Positions 1-8,437 of a stretch of DNA of 64,000 bases are shown one piece after another. The DNA comes from Candidatus Zipacnadum vermilionense. Its GTDB lineage: Bacteria > Armatimonadota > Zipacnadia > Zipacnadales > Zipacnadaceae. Under the pieces are notes generated by a model, which saw only the letters and a list, made by a program, of their open reading frames with translations, was not told the DNA's origin and made no database searches. A program made the translations under genes and the position numbers. Each line of letters opens with the position of its first letter. The stretch's first letter is position 1. Location of the stretch: contig JALGSV010000006.1 of assembly GCA_029821755.1 (NCBI GenBank), positions 42,018-106,017 of the forward strand. The letters are read 5' to 3'.

Positions 1-1764
1 CTCCAGCGGGTCTATCTGGTGGTAGAGCAGGCAGGTATCGTTAAGCTCCTCACGCGCGGCCATCACGTCGTCGTACTTGTCCGCCACGCTCAGGCAGGCC
101 TGCAGGTACTCGCGGGGGCTGGCGAAGGGGCGCTGGTCGAAGGTGCGGAAGGGCTCGTCGGGGGCGGCGGCCAGGGCGGCGGCGCAGACGGTGTGGACCG
201 TGGCCTCCGGGGTGAAGGCCTCGGCGGTGGCGACGGCCAGGATGGTCGCGGCGATCATGTCCATCCCCCGCTGGTACATGTAGGAGACAGCGGTGGCGTC
301 AATCACGGCCCAGTCCGGGTCGCCCAGGTGGTAGGCCCCCACCGGCTCCATGCACATCACCGTGGAGCCGGTGACCTGAATCCAGTGGCCGGTGATCCGC
401 GCGTCCCAGTCGGCGCGGATCAGGTCGTAGGCGTGGCCCATGCAGGCGTTGAAGAAGTGGTCGCGGTTGAGGCGGTCGTACCAGGTCTGGCCGAAGTGCC
501 GCGCCAGCACCGGCTTACCCTCGCGGTCGAGGTAGGTCTCCAGCAGCAACATCGCCATCTGGTTGTCGTCCTCGCCCTCCAGCCGCTCGGGGTTGAGGAC
601 GGTGGTGATGCCCCCCGGATGCTTCTTGTCCACCTCATACCAGAACGAGCCCTCCACCGGCGAGCCCATGGCGTTGCCGATAGCCCCGGCCAGGATGCAG
701 CCATAGGCCTTGGAGAAGAGCAGGGAGTCGTCGCCGGCCTGCTCGGTGGCGAGGCGTTGGGTGGTGGCGATGATCTGGGCTTCCTGACGCAGGCGCTGGC
801 CCACCACCGCTGCCAGTGGCTGCCAGGGGCGGGAGGTCTTCTCGCCCCAGGCGCGCCACTTCTCGGGGAAGGCCGCGGCCCCGCCGAGGGCGCCGGCGGC
901 GGCGGCGGCGAGGATGCCTCGCACTCCCGGTCCGGCGCCGGACGCGGCCAGGGACAAGGGAAGGAACTTGCGCGCATCCTGCCCGAAGCGCTCCAGCAGG
1001 GGCAGAACGAACAGCGGCGGGTTCCACTCCAGCCAGCCGCCGCCGGCTCTGGTGTACGGGGGGCGGGCCTCGGTCAACCACCAGGCGACGAAGTCCTCCT
1101 CGGAGGCGTCGCTCGCCGCGCGCGTGTGCTGCACGTAGGGGTTGATCTGGTAGTACAGCTCCGGGCAATGCTGGTGAGCGATCTTGAGGACGGCGTCGAC
1201 CGTCGCGGTAGCGTCGCCGGTGCAGCAGCCGGCGATCATGGCGGCGCACAGGCCGGCCCAGTCCGCGCCCCTGCGGCCCTGGGCAACGGAGGCGATCTCC
1301 ACGCCGTCGAGGTAGGCGTAGTCCGGGTCGCCGGCGTGGAAGAGACCGACGGCGGGCATGGACGCGCAGATCAGGCCGGAGGGGGTCGCGCCGAAGCCGC
1401 TCAGGCGAGGGGTCATGCCCTCCTTGAGGACCTCCTGGGTGGAGTGAATCCCGTCCCAGGAGAAGACCGGCTGGGCGATCCCGGCGTCGTCCTGCAGCAG
1501 CTCCCCGAAGACCTCCGGCGTCGCCCGACCGCCGGCGGTGAGGTAGGCGCGGACGCCGAGGTCGGCGAAGGGCGTGAGCTTGAGGGCCTTGGTGCGATAG
1601 GGGTTCAGCACCGACTCGGCCGGGGAAAGGTCCCAGGCTAGGAGATCGGCCGGAGTCGCCAGCGGCGGGCGGGGCCGGACTGAGGCGGCCCAGCCCATTT
1701 CGGCGCCGAGGGCCGCGCCGAGCAGGGCGTCTTGAATGCGTTCGGGAAGAGGTATCACAGCCAT
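1..1764 (-). CDS. Tandem two-domain ADP-ribosylglycohydrolase (ARH/DraG)-family protein, 3' end outside window
   Basis: Absent from the ORF track because no stop lies in the window. My translation from ATG 1764 gives MAVIPLPERIQDALLGAALGAEMG...PAVGLFHAGDPD, then a second domain KAYGCILAGAIGNAMGSPVEG...EGEDDNQM...EPVGAYHLGDPD. These are ARH-type G(D/N)A(L/M)G and xDD motifs. Confidence 0.75.
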   Translation of the reverse strand, partial: MAVIPLPERIQDALLGAALGAEMGWAASVRPRPPLATPADLLAWDLSPAESVLNPYRTKALKLTPFADLGVRAYLTAGGRATPEVFGELLQDDAGIAQPVFSWDGIHSTQEVLKEGMTPRLSGFGATPSGLICASMPAVGLFHAGDPDYAYLDGVEIASVAQGRRGADWAGLCAAMIAGCCTGDATATVDAVLKIAHQHCPELYYQINPYVQHTRAASDASEEDFVAWWLTEARPPYTRAGGGWLEWNPPLFVLPLLERFGQDARKFLPLSLAASGAGPGVRGILAAAAAGALGGAAAFPEKWRAWGEKTSRPWQPLAAVVGQRLRQEAQIIATTQRLATEQAGDDSLLFSKAYGCILAGAIGNAMGSPVEGSFWYEVDKKHPGGITTVLNPERLEGEDDNQMAMLLLETYLDREGKPVLARHFGQTWYDRLNRDHFFNACMGHAYDLIRADWDARITGHWIQVTGSTVMCMEPVGAYHLGDPDWAVIDATAVSYMYQRGMDMIAATILAVATAEAFTPEATVHTVCAAALAAAPDEPFRTFDQRPFASPREYLQACLSVADKYDDVMAAREELNDTCLLYHQIDPLE

Positions 1765-1819
1765 ACTATTCACCTTCCCTGCTATCTGCTCCCCACGTTC
1801 CACTACCGATCATCGATTC

Positions 1820-2899
1820 TCACCCTCCGCACGCCTCCGCCATCTTCTCCATGTAGTACCGGAAGTTGTCAAACGACACGTCCGGCGGGAAGCTGTGGTC
1901 GGTGTGCGGGAGGTAGCCGCCCTCCTCGATGAGGGGCCGCAGGCGGGCCAGCTCGGCGTCAATCGCCGCCGGGCCCTGGGCCACTGCGCGTTTGTCTACC
2001 CCGCCCCAGATGAGCAGGTCCTTCCCGTACTTGCGCCGCACCTCTAGCACATCCATCCCCGCTTGCGTCTCGAAGGGATAGAGCATGTTAAGGCCCGCGT
2101 CGAGCCACACCGGGATGAGCGGGTCAATCTGGCCGTCACTGTCCAGGCCGATGATCTCCACACCCCGCCCGCGCAGGAACTCCACCACCCGGGCGTAGCG
2201 GGGGAGCATGTACTGGCGCGCCATCGCCGGGGAGAGTAGGGGGCCGGTCTTGTAGGCCATGTCCTCCCAGAAGGCGAAGGCGTCGATGTCGATTACATCC
2301 AGGACCTGGTCCATGAGCGCGATGGTTAGGTCCGCGTTGGCGTCCATCATCTCCTCCACAAACGCGGGGTCGTCGTAGAAGAGCTCACAGAGGCGCTCGA
2401 CACCGACGAGGTTGCGCAAGGGACCGAAGAAACCGCCCCAGCGGTCGGAGATGACGATGAAGGGTACAGGCTGTTCCCGTTCCGCCCGGAGCTGCTCCTG
2501 CCAGCCGGGGCCGATCCGGGCCTCCAGGTCGGGCGTCATGTGCTCGGCCCAGAACTTGCGGAAGTCCGCGCGGGTCTGCACCGGGAAGCGCACGAACTGG
2601 GGCATGGAACTCATGGGCTGGTCCTTCCTCTGCCGCATGAGAATGCCCTCGTGGTTGATGAAGAGGATGGTCTCCTCGTCTTCCTCCACAACACGGTACT
2701 CGAAGGGGGGCTGGGGCTGCCACCAGCCGCTGTAGGCGATCCGCCGGTCGGCGCCCATGTTGAGATCGAAGGAGTCCGGATCGAAGCCCTCGCGCTGCCA
2801 GCGCTCCAGGGTCTCGGGCCAGGCGCCCCAGAACCAGAAGGGCGTCCGGTCGCGGGACCGGTAGTTCATGGTAGCCAGGAATCGCTCGCGGTCGGTCAT
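1820..2899 (-). CDS. Uroporphyrinogen decarboxylase (URO-D)/MtaA-like family protein
   Basis: MTDRERFLATM start; WEDMAYKTGPLLSP, DSDG, GGVDK and GGYLPHTDHS motifs typical of URO-D-like TIM barrels. Confidence 0.8.
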   Translation of the reverse strand: MTDRERFLATMNYRSRDRTPFWFWGAWPETLERWQREGFDPDSFDLNMGADRRIAYSGWWQPQPPFEYRVVEEDEETILFINHEGILMRQRKDQPMSSMPQFVRFPVQTRADFRKFWAEHMTPDLEARIGPGWQEQLRAEREQPVPFIVISDRWGGFFGPLRNLVGVERLCELFYDDPAFVEEMMDANADLTIALMDQVLDVIDIDAFAFWEDMAYKTGPLLSPAMARQYMLPRYARVVEFLRGRGVEIIGLDSDGQIDPLIPVWLDAGLNMLYPFETQAGMDVLEVRRKYGKDLLIWGGVDKRAVAQGPAAIDAELARLRPLIEEGGYLPHTDHSFPPDVSFDNFRYYMEKMAEACGG

Positions 2900-2910
2900 G
2901 ACGGAGGGGG

Positions 2911-2938
2911 ATTCGGCAGAAAGGAAGGGGGGACCTTC
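2911..2938 (-). promoter_or_regulatory. SigH-like promoter GAAGGT-N17-CGAAT
   Basis: Matches five other copies in the window; ends 11 nt before ATG 2899. Confidence 0.55.
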
Positions 2939-2983
2939 CGAGGGGAGGGGGAAGTGCACAGTGGCAAACGGCAAGGCGCCCCT

Positions 2984-3008
2984 GCACCGGCGAGACGCCG
3001 GTGCCACC
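2984..3008. repeat. REP-like palindrome, family A (GCACCGGCGAGACGCCGGTGCCACC)
   Basis: Near-identical copies at 4757-4781, 34651-34675 and 46018-46042 (inverted). Confidence 0.8.
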
Positions 3009-3021
3009 GTGCAAGGGCGCT

Positions 3022-3870
3022 CTACCCGCCGTCGTTGGTGGCCGGGGGCGGCGGAGGCTTCTCCTCTCCCCCACCTTCGGCCGGGGCCGGAGGCTCGGTC
3101 TCCGGGGGCTCCTGTTCCTCTACCGAAACGCCCTGGATATCCTGGGCTTCGACCCAATCGTCGTTCAGCGAGATAGTCGCCTTAGGGCAGCGGAATTCGC
3201 TCCCACTTTCCATGACCAGGCGGACGTTGCCCTTCAGGATCACCTGTTCCTCGATCCCATCGTAGTCGGCCTGGTCCGCGTAGACCGTCTTGTCCTCCTG
3301 CACTGCCTTGAGCGGGCCGTAGACCATAGCCTGCTTCTTGTCGTCGGCATAGTAGTAGTCGATCTTCGGGCAAGTGATGGTCGTCTTTTTCTCGCGGTAC
3401 TCGCTGACGCTGCCGGACTTCTCGTCCTCCGTGGGCGTAGTCTCCTCCTCCGCTTCCTTCTGCTTGCGCTGGGTGACGATGGTGACGTTGCCGATGACCT
3501 GGGCGAGCTTCTGGTCGAAGTCGGCCTGGACGCTGTCGCCGGTGAGGGTGGACTCGGGGTCGACTATCTTCAGGTGACCAGAGGCGACGGCGGTGTTCTC
3601 CGCGTCGTTGTAGTCGCACTTATCCATAGTCATGGTCACGTCGTCCTGGACCAGTACGATGTTGCCGGAGAGATGGTAGATGGAGCCTTCCTTGCGCAGG
3701 TGGTCGGCCCACTTGATCTGGACCTTCTTAGGCTCCTTCTCCGACTGGGCTGCCGAGCCCGAGGGCTCGGCGGGGGGATCGGCGGCACGGGCGGGCAGGA
3801 AAGCACGAGGGGCTGCCAATAGCAGGCCCGCACCCAGGAGCGCCAGGGCTAGTCTCCAGCAGCGTTTCAT
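3022..3870 (-). CDS. lptA: LptA/OstA-like beta-jellyroll periplasmic protein
   Basis: Signal peptide, repeated GNIVL/GHLKI/GNVTI/GNVRL jellyroll strands and a Pro/Glu tail; ATGA-type overlap with the lptC-like gene. Confidence 0.65.
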   Translation of the reverse strand: MKRCWRLALALLGAGLLLAAPRAFLPARAADPPAEPSGSAAQSEKEPKKVQIKWADHLRKEGSIYHLSGNIVLVQDDVTMTMDKCDYNDAENTAVASGHLKIVDPESTLTGDSVQADFDQKLAQVIGNVTIVTQRKQKEAEEETTPTEDEKSGSVSEYREKKTTITCPKIDYYYADDKKQAMVYGPLKAVQEDKTVYADQADYDGIEEQVILKGNVRLVMESGSEFRCPKATISLNDDWVEAQDIQGVSVEEQEPPETEPPAPAEGGGEEKPPPPPATNDGG

Positions 3871-4550
3871 GGTAGTCCCGGTTTGCTCAGCAGCTGCCGG
3901 GCCTCCTCCGCGTTGAAGATCATCTGTACCGCCTCAAGGCTGAAATCGCCGTTAGCGACGTTATAGTTGAGTCCCTTGCCCAGGATCTTGTTCTGCCCGG
4001 AGTAGAGGTTCACCTGGTTGGCCGCGGTGATCAGGCTGGCGTTGATATCGTAGGTCAGGCCGGTGGTACTGAAAAGGGCGCTCTTGCTGCGGGCGGCGAC
4101 TGCATTAGGGCAGACAATCTTGCCGTCTGCCTGGTTCCACTGGGCGGTGTCGGTGCTGAAGATCACGCCCTGGTAGGAGACGACCGTAACCTTGCCGGTG
4201 ACCTGGAAGTTGCTGCCGCTGGTGGTGCCGACTACCTTCTGGGCGGTCACGCGGACCAGCGGGGCCCCCGAGGCGCCGTAGATGAGCGCCTCCTGGATGC
4301 CCTCGGCGGAGATCTGCCCCTGGCCGCCGGTGATCTGGATCTGCTTAAGGCGAATCTGCCAGGCCAGCCTGTCCCCCTCGCTGTGCTTGAGCACGGGGCG
4401 CTCAATGGATACCAGCGACTGGGTGGTGCCCGGGGTCGTTCCCGGCGGGGGGGGGCGACGGAAGTAGACGGCTACCCACGCCCCCCCACCGAAAGCCAGG
4501 ACGGCTAGCAGGACGCCGATGAGTTTGCGCCGGCGCGGAGTGAGGTGCAT
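3867..4550 (-). CDS. lptC: LPS export protein LptC-like
   Basis: Single N-terminal TM helix after a basic stretch, WQIRLKQ motif and jellyroll strands; directly upstream of the lptA-like gene. Start chosen at MHLTPRRRK. Confidence 0.6.
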   Translation of the reverse strand: MHLTPRRRKLIGVLLAVLAFGGGAWVAVYFRRPPPPGTTPGTTQSLVSIERPVLKHSEGDRLAWQIRLKQIQITGGQGQISAEGIQEALIYGASGAPLVRVTAQKVVGTTSGSNFQVTGKVTVVSYQGVIFSTDTAQWNQADGKIVCPNAVAARSKSALFSTTGLTYDINASLITAANQVNLYSGQNKILGKGLNYNVANGDFSLEAVQMIFNAEEARQLLSKPGLP

Positions 4551-4701
4551 GGAAATCGCGGAACGATGCTCGATGACTTGGGGAACGGAGAGAACGTGTC
4601 CCCCGGTCGTCGTATGGGAATTGTAGCACAAACGGTGGTGCGGAGAAAGGAGAGGCCAGGGGTTGGGCCCTGGGAGGGGGCGGGAGGTTCCACGCATCCG
4701 G

Positions 4702-4781
4702 GACGCAGGCTGGGAAGCCCGCGCTACCCCGAGGAGATTCACCCCCGCTCCACCCCGCACCGGCGAGACGCTGGTGCCACC
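4702..4781. repeat. REP cluster (GCAGGCTGGGAAGCCCGCGCTACCC plus a family A copy)
   Basis: The same two motifs occur together at 46018-46075. Confidence 0.7.
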
Positions 4782-4830
4782 GGGACCGGCAAGTTTCCCC
4801 ACTTGCCACCTCCTACTTTCCACTTCCCTA

Positions 4831-4857
4831 GGAGGATTATCCCTGCCCCCGGCGAAT
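4831..4857 (+). promoter_or_regulatory. SigH-like promoter GGAGGA-N16-CGAAT
   Basis: Upstream of the URO-D-like gene at 4907; motif shared with other sites. Confidence 0.45.
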
Positions 4858-4906
4858 AGCCTCACCAACCTCCCAAGGTTGCGTCGGCGAAAGGGTGGAA
4901 CGGCCC

Positions 4907-5938
4907 ATGGCCGCTGTGGACTGCCTGGCCCAATGTATCGCGCTGGAAGCTCCCGACCAGCTCCCTGTTTTCTGCCATTCCGAGCGCTTTGACGCCGCTT
5001 ACTGCAACCTCTACTACCGCACCTACTGCAGCGACGTGCGCACCCTGGTGGACTGCCTGGTGTATGCCAATGAGCGCTTCGGCTGGGACTGGGTCTGGGT
5101 GCATCTGGACGATGTGTTGGAGCTGGAGTCCTTCGGCATCCTGACCAGTGAGGAGGAGGACGAGCCGCGGCGGGTGCTGCGGCCGCTGCCGCTGGAACCG
5201 GGGGTGCTGAGCCGGCTGCGGCCGGAGAAGGTGCTGGAGGCCGAGCGCCTGGATGTCCTGCTCCGGGGCTTGACCGGGCTGCGGGCGACCTTCGGGGATA
5301 CGCGGGTGGTATGCGGGCGGCTGTCGGGGCCGTTGACGTTGGTCAACCTGCTCTTCGGGCCGGAAGCGACCCAGGCGGCGGTGGCCAACAACGCGCCGGT
5401 GCTACGGGGAGCGCTGGACCTGGCGGTGGAGATCAACATCGAGCTGGCTGAGGCCCAGGCAGCGGCAGGCTGCCACGCGTTGTGGATAGACGACCGCATG
5501 GCCTGTTCGGACCTGCTGTCACCGGGGGCCTACGAGAACCTGCTGCTGGGCCCCACGGCGCGGTTATTGACCGCCGTGCGGTCGCTGGACGTCTGGAGCT
5601 TCCTGCACACCGCCGAGAACAGCCTCTCGGCACTCAAGGTCCACGCCGCCACCGGGCCGGACGTGCTCAGCATCGGCTCGTCGCTGCCGATGTCGCAGGC
5701 GCACGCGGCGCTGGGCAAGCAGGTGGCACTGATGGGGAATCTGGACCCGATCGTGCTCTTGACCAAGGCCTGGCCCTCGCAACTGGCAGCGTACGTGGAC
5801 AACCTGGTGCGGTACATGAAGCAAGGGGGCATGGTCCTGGCCACTGCCGGTCCCATCCCCTGCGAGGCCCGCGGCCCCAACCTGCACACGATGGTGGATA
5901 CGGCGAGGAAGATCTGGGAGATCGTGGCGGGGAAGTAA
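4907..5938 (+). CDS. URO-D / MtaA-CmuA methyltransferase-like protein
   Basis: GPLTLVNLLFG, LLSPGAYE, LMGNLDP and GGMVLA motifs; the Zn-ligand HxC appears replaced by HTA. Confidence 0.75.
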   Translation: MAAVDCLAQCIALEAPDQLPVFCHSERFDAAYCNLYYRTYCSDVRTLVDCLVYANERFGWDWVWVHLDDVLELESFGILTSEEEDEPRRVLRPLPLEPGVLSRLRPEKVLEAERLDVLLRGLTGLRATFGDTRVVCGRLSGPLTLVNLLFGPEATQAAVANNAPVLRGALDLAVEINIELAEAQAAAGCHALWIDDRMACSDLLSPGAYENLLLGPTARLLTAVRSLDVWSFLHTAENSLSALKVHAATGPDVLSIGSSLPMSQAHAALGKQVALMGNLDPIVLLTKAWPSQLAAYVDNLVRYMKQGGMVLATAGPIPCEARGPNLHTMVDTARKIWEIVAGK

Positions 5939-5966
5939 GGAGGGGCCGGCCGAGCGGAGGGAATAC

Positions 5967-6075
5967 GGGTTGCGTTCAACAACGCCATTTCCCGCTCCGT
6001 GGCGCGGGTTTTCTAGTCCGCGTCCGACAAACAAGCGGCTCGGAGGGCGGGCTAGAAAGCCCGCCCCACGCGGAC
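5967..6075. repeat. Family B REP doublet with a degenerate MITE-like left end
   Basis: CGTGGCGCGGGTTTTCTAGTCCGCG and GGGCGGGCTAGAAAGCCCGCCCCACGCGG are inverted; the left end GGGTTGCGTTCAACAA resembles the TIR at 32860. Confidence 0.7.
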
Positions 6076-6148
6076 GGCAAGGTAACCGGCGGGCGGCGGT
6101 GACGCGGGGACGCGCGCAAGCTCCCCCTGCCAGGAGAGGAAGACGGCT

Positions 6149-7000
6149 ATGAAGGTACTCATCACCGGCGCGGCCGGGGTGCTGGGGCACGCGATTACGG
6201 AGATGTTGGAGGCGGAGGGAGGGTACGACCTGCGGTTGACCGACATGGCGCCGATCGAAACCGCACACGAGTTCATGGCGGCGGACCTGGCCGACTATGA
6301 GCAGGTGGAGCCGCTGTGCCAGGGCGTGGACCAGGTGCTGCATATCGCTGCGCTCCATCCCTGGAAGCAGTACACCGACGAGCAGTACCTGGACTGCAAC
6401 ATCAAGGGTACCTACAACCTGATGCGGTCGGCGGCGGAGGCGAAGGTGGATCGACTCATCTACACCTCCAGCGTGGCCTCGATGGGCTACACGCCTACCG
6501 CGGAGCACCCCTTGCCGCTTGATGAGACCAAGCCGTGCTTCCCGGATGACCACATCTACAGCGTCAGCAAGCACGTAGGGGAGCAGTTCTGTCACCTGTT
6601 CCACCGCACCCACAGACTGGACTGGGTCGCCCTACGGCCGGGGTGCTTTATCCCGGCGGACGAGAACGAGCTGTGGTGGGGCCTGGCGCTGCTGGTGATG
6701 CGGATGACTTTCAGCGACGTGGCCCATGCGCACCTGCTGGCGCTACAGAGCGATGTGCGCAACGAGGCGCTGCTGATCACCGCCGGAGTGCCCTTCACCC
6801 GGGAGGATGGGCCGGCCCTACTGAGCGACGCGCGGTCAGTGATCCTGAAATACTTCCCGGAAGCCACCTGGTTTGAGGAGCAGGGGATGGAGTTGCCGCA
6901 GGTCGTGTCTCCTACGTACCGCATTGACAAGGCGCGGGAACTGATCGGGTACGAGCCGCGAGTGAGCTTCGGGAGCTGGCTGGCAGAGAGGGTGGGGTAG
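6149..7000 (+). CDS. NAD-dependent epimerase/dehydratase (extended SDR)
   Basis: ITGAAGVLG Rossmann motif, YTSS, and YSVSK (YxxxK). Confidence 0.9.
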   Translation: MKVLITGAAGVLGHAITEMLEAEGGYDLRLTDMAPIETAHEFMAADLADYEQVEPLCQGVDQVLHIAALHPWKQYTDEQYLDCNIKGTYNLMRSAAEAKVDRLIYTSSVASMGYTPTAEHPLPLDETKPCFPDDHIYSVSKHVGEQFCHLFHRTHRLDWVALRPGCFIPADENELWWGLALLVMRMTFSDVAHAHLLALQSDVRNEALLITAGVPFTREDGPALLSDARSVILKYFPEATWFEEQGMELPQVVSPTYRIDKARELIGYEPRVSFGSWLAERVG

Positions 7001-7036
7001 GCTCCGAATTGCGGCTTGTTCGCGCCAACCGCCGAT

Positions 7037-7076
7037 CCTCACCCCCTGCCCCCTCTCCTTGCAGGAGAGGGCGGAG
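7037..7076. repeat. CCCTCACCCC...CCCTCTCC-N-GGAGAGGG palindromic repeat (family D)
   Basis: A 21-nt core is identical in reverse complement to 57325-57364; related copies near 24455-24510 and 30392-30430. Confidence 0.7.
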
Positions 7077-7088
7077 ACGAACACATCC

Positions 7089-8243
7089 ATGTTTATCACA
7101 CCACCTCTCGTAGCCATCCTCAAGAGCGACGGCGACTATGCCGCGCTCCTGCCTCCACTGCTGGCCCTCGCCGAAGCGGAGAACGTTATCCAGCCCGGCG
7201 AGTCGGTGCTGATCAAGCCGAATCTCCATGCCCCCGTGGACACGCCGGCCACCTCCAGCGTCACCGACCCGGCGCTGGTGGGAGCGCTGATCGACTGGGC
7301 GCGAGAGCGGGGCGCGGGGGAGATCCTGGTGGCCGACGGGCCCTTCTTTGGAGTCAACCCGCCGGAGAGCGTCTTCACCCTCGTGGGGATGGACAAGGTG
7401 GTGGAGTCCCGCGGGGCCCAGTGGCGGGCGGTCAACCACGGGCCGTGGCGGGAGTTCCGGGAGGCCTCGCCCTACTGGCCGAAGCTGGTACGGATCAGCG
7501 AGCTGGCCTTTTCCTATGACCGGATTATCAACGTGGCCCTGGCCAAGACCCACATGGACTGCATGGTCACGCTGGGGATGAAGAACCTCAAGGGGCTGCT
7601 GCACCCGGAGGAGAAGGCGCGCTTTCACCAGGAGGGCGAGCTGAGCCGAGCGCTAGTGGCGCTCAACCAGGTGGTGCGGCCGGACCTGACGATTGTGGAC
7701 GGGACGCTAGGGATGGAGGGCCTGGGGCCACATGCGGGGACGGTGGCCAACTGGGGCTACCTCTTCGCCGGGCGCGACACCGCCGCGGTGGAGGCGGTAG
7801 TGACGCCGGCGATGGGGGTGGACATCGAGGAGGCGCGGGTGCTGCAGTATGCCGTGGAGGCCGGGATGGTGGACCCGGCGGCGATTGAGGTGCGCGGGGA
7901 GGACCCGGCGCGGATTCGGCGGCGCTTCGAGCGGCCGTACGAGGCGATGCTGCGCCAGCTCCCCGGCGTGCGCCTGGAGGGCAAGGCGGCCTGCAGCGCC
8001 TGCAAGCTCAACCTCATCCGCGCCCTATGCGAGGAAGCCGCGGCCGGGGTCTTACCGCCGGAGCGGTGCGTGCATATCGGCAAGGCGGAAGCCGGACCGG
8101 ACGCCCTCCTCATTGGCAAGTGCGCCGGCGCGGCCAATCCTGGTTGCCGTCACCTCCCCGGCTGTCCCCCGCGGGTGGAGAAGATCAAGGAGTATGTCAG
8201 GGGGGAAGGGGAGGGTCGGCGGCAGATTACCGACCTTCCTTGA
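7089..8243 (+). CDS. DUF362-domain protein with Cys-rich C-terminal Fe-S-like module
   Basis: LIKPN, VTDP, KTH, TLGMKNLKG and GMEGLGP motifs; C-terminal CSAC...IGKC...GCPP. Confidence 0.85.
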   Translation: MFITPPLVAILKSDGDYAALLPPLLALAEAENVIQPGESVLIKPNLHAPVDTPATSSVTDPALVGALIDWARERGAGEILVADGPFFGVNPPESVFTLVGMDKVVESRGAQWRAVNHGPWREFREASPYWPKLVRISELAFSYDRIINVALAKTHMDCMVTLGMKNLKGLLHPEEKARFHQEGELSRALVALNQVVRPDLTIVDGTLGMEGLGPHAGTVANWGYLFAGRDTAAVEAVVTPAMGVDIEEARVLQYAVEAGMVDPAAIEVRGEDPARIRRRFERPYEAMLRQLPGVRLEGKAACSACKLNLIRALCEEAAAGVLPPERCVHIGKAEAGPDALLIGKCAGAANPGCRHLPGCPPRVEKIKEYVRGEGEGRRQITDLP

Positions 8244-8272
8244 TTGACTCGTTTCCGGTGTTGTGATATTAT
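8244..8272 (+). promoter_or_regulatory. Sigma70-type promoter TTGACT-N17-TATTAT (extended TG)
   Basis: Canonical spacing upstream of the 8438 gene. Confidence 0.6.
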
Positions 8273-8437
8273 TATACCAATCCATTGGTCCATTTTTCCC
8301 GTCTCCGACGTCCGCAGCGCTGGGTCCTCTTGACGCGTGGGGGGATTGGTTTGGGCGGACCTCGGTTGCGCAGTCACCATTTGGCGTGGGCATTTCAGAC
8401 TAACACATCGTTGCTGCCTTGCCAGGAGGGTTCCGCT

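Noticed and set aside
19-1641. 540-aa plus-strand ORF and other long shadow ORFs (e.g. 23780-25513, 31960-32982, 34906-36087)
   Set aside because: They are antisense or off-frame shadows of recognisable genes, expected in GC-rich DNA, and have no motifs.
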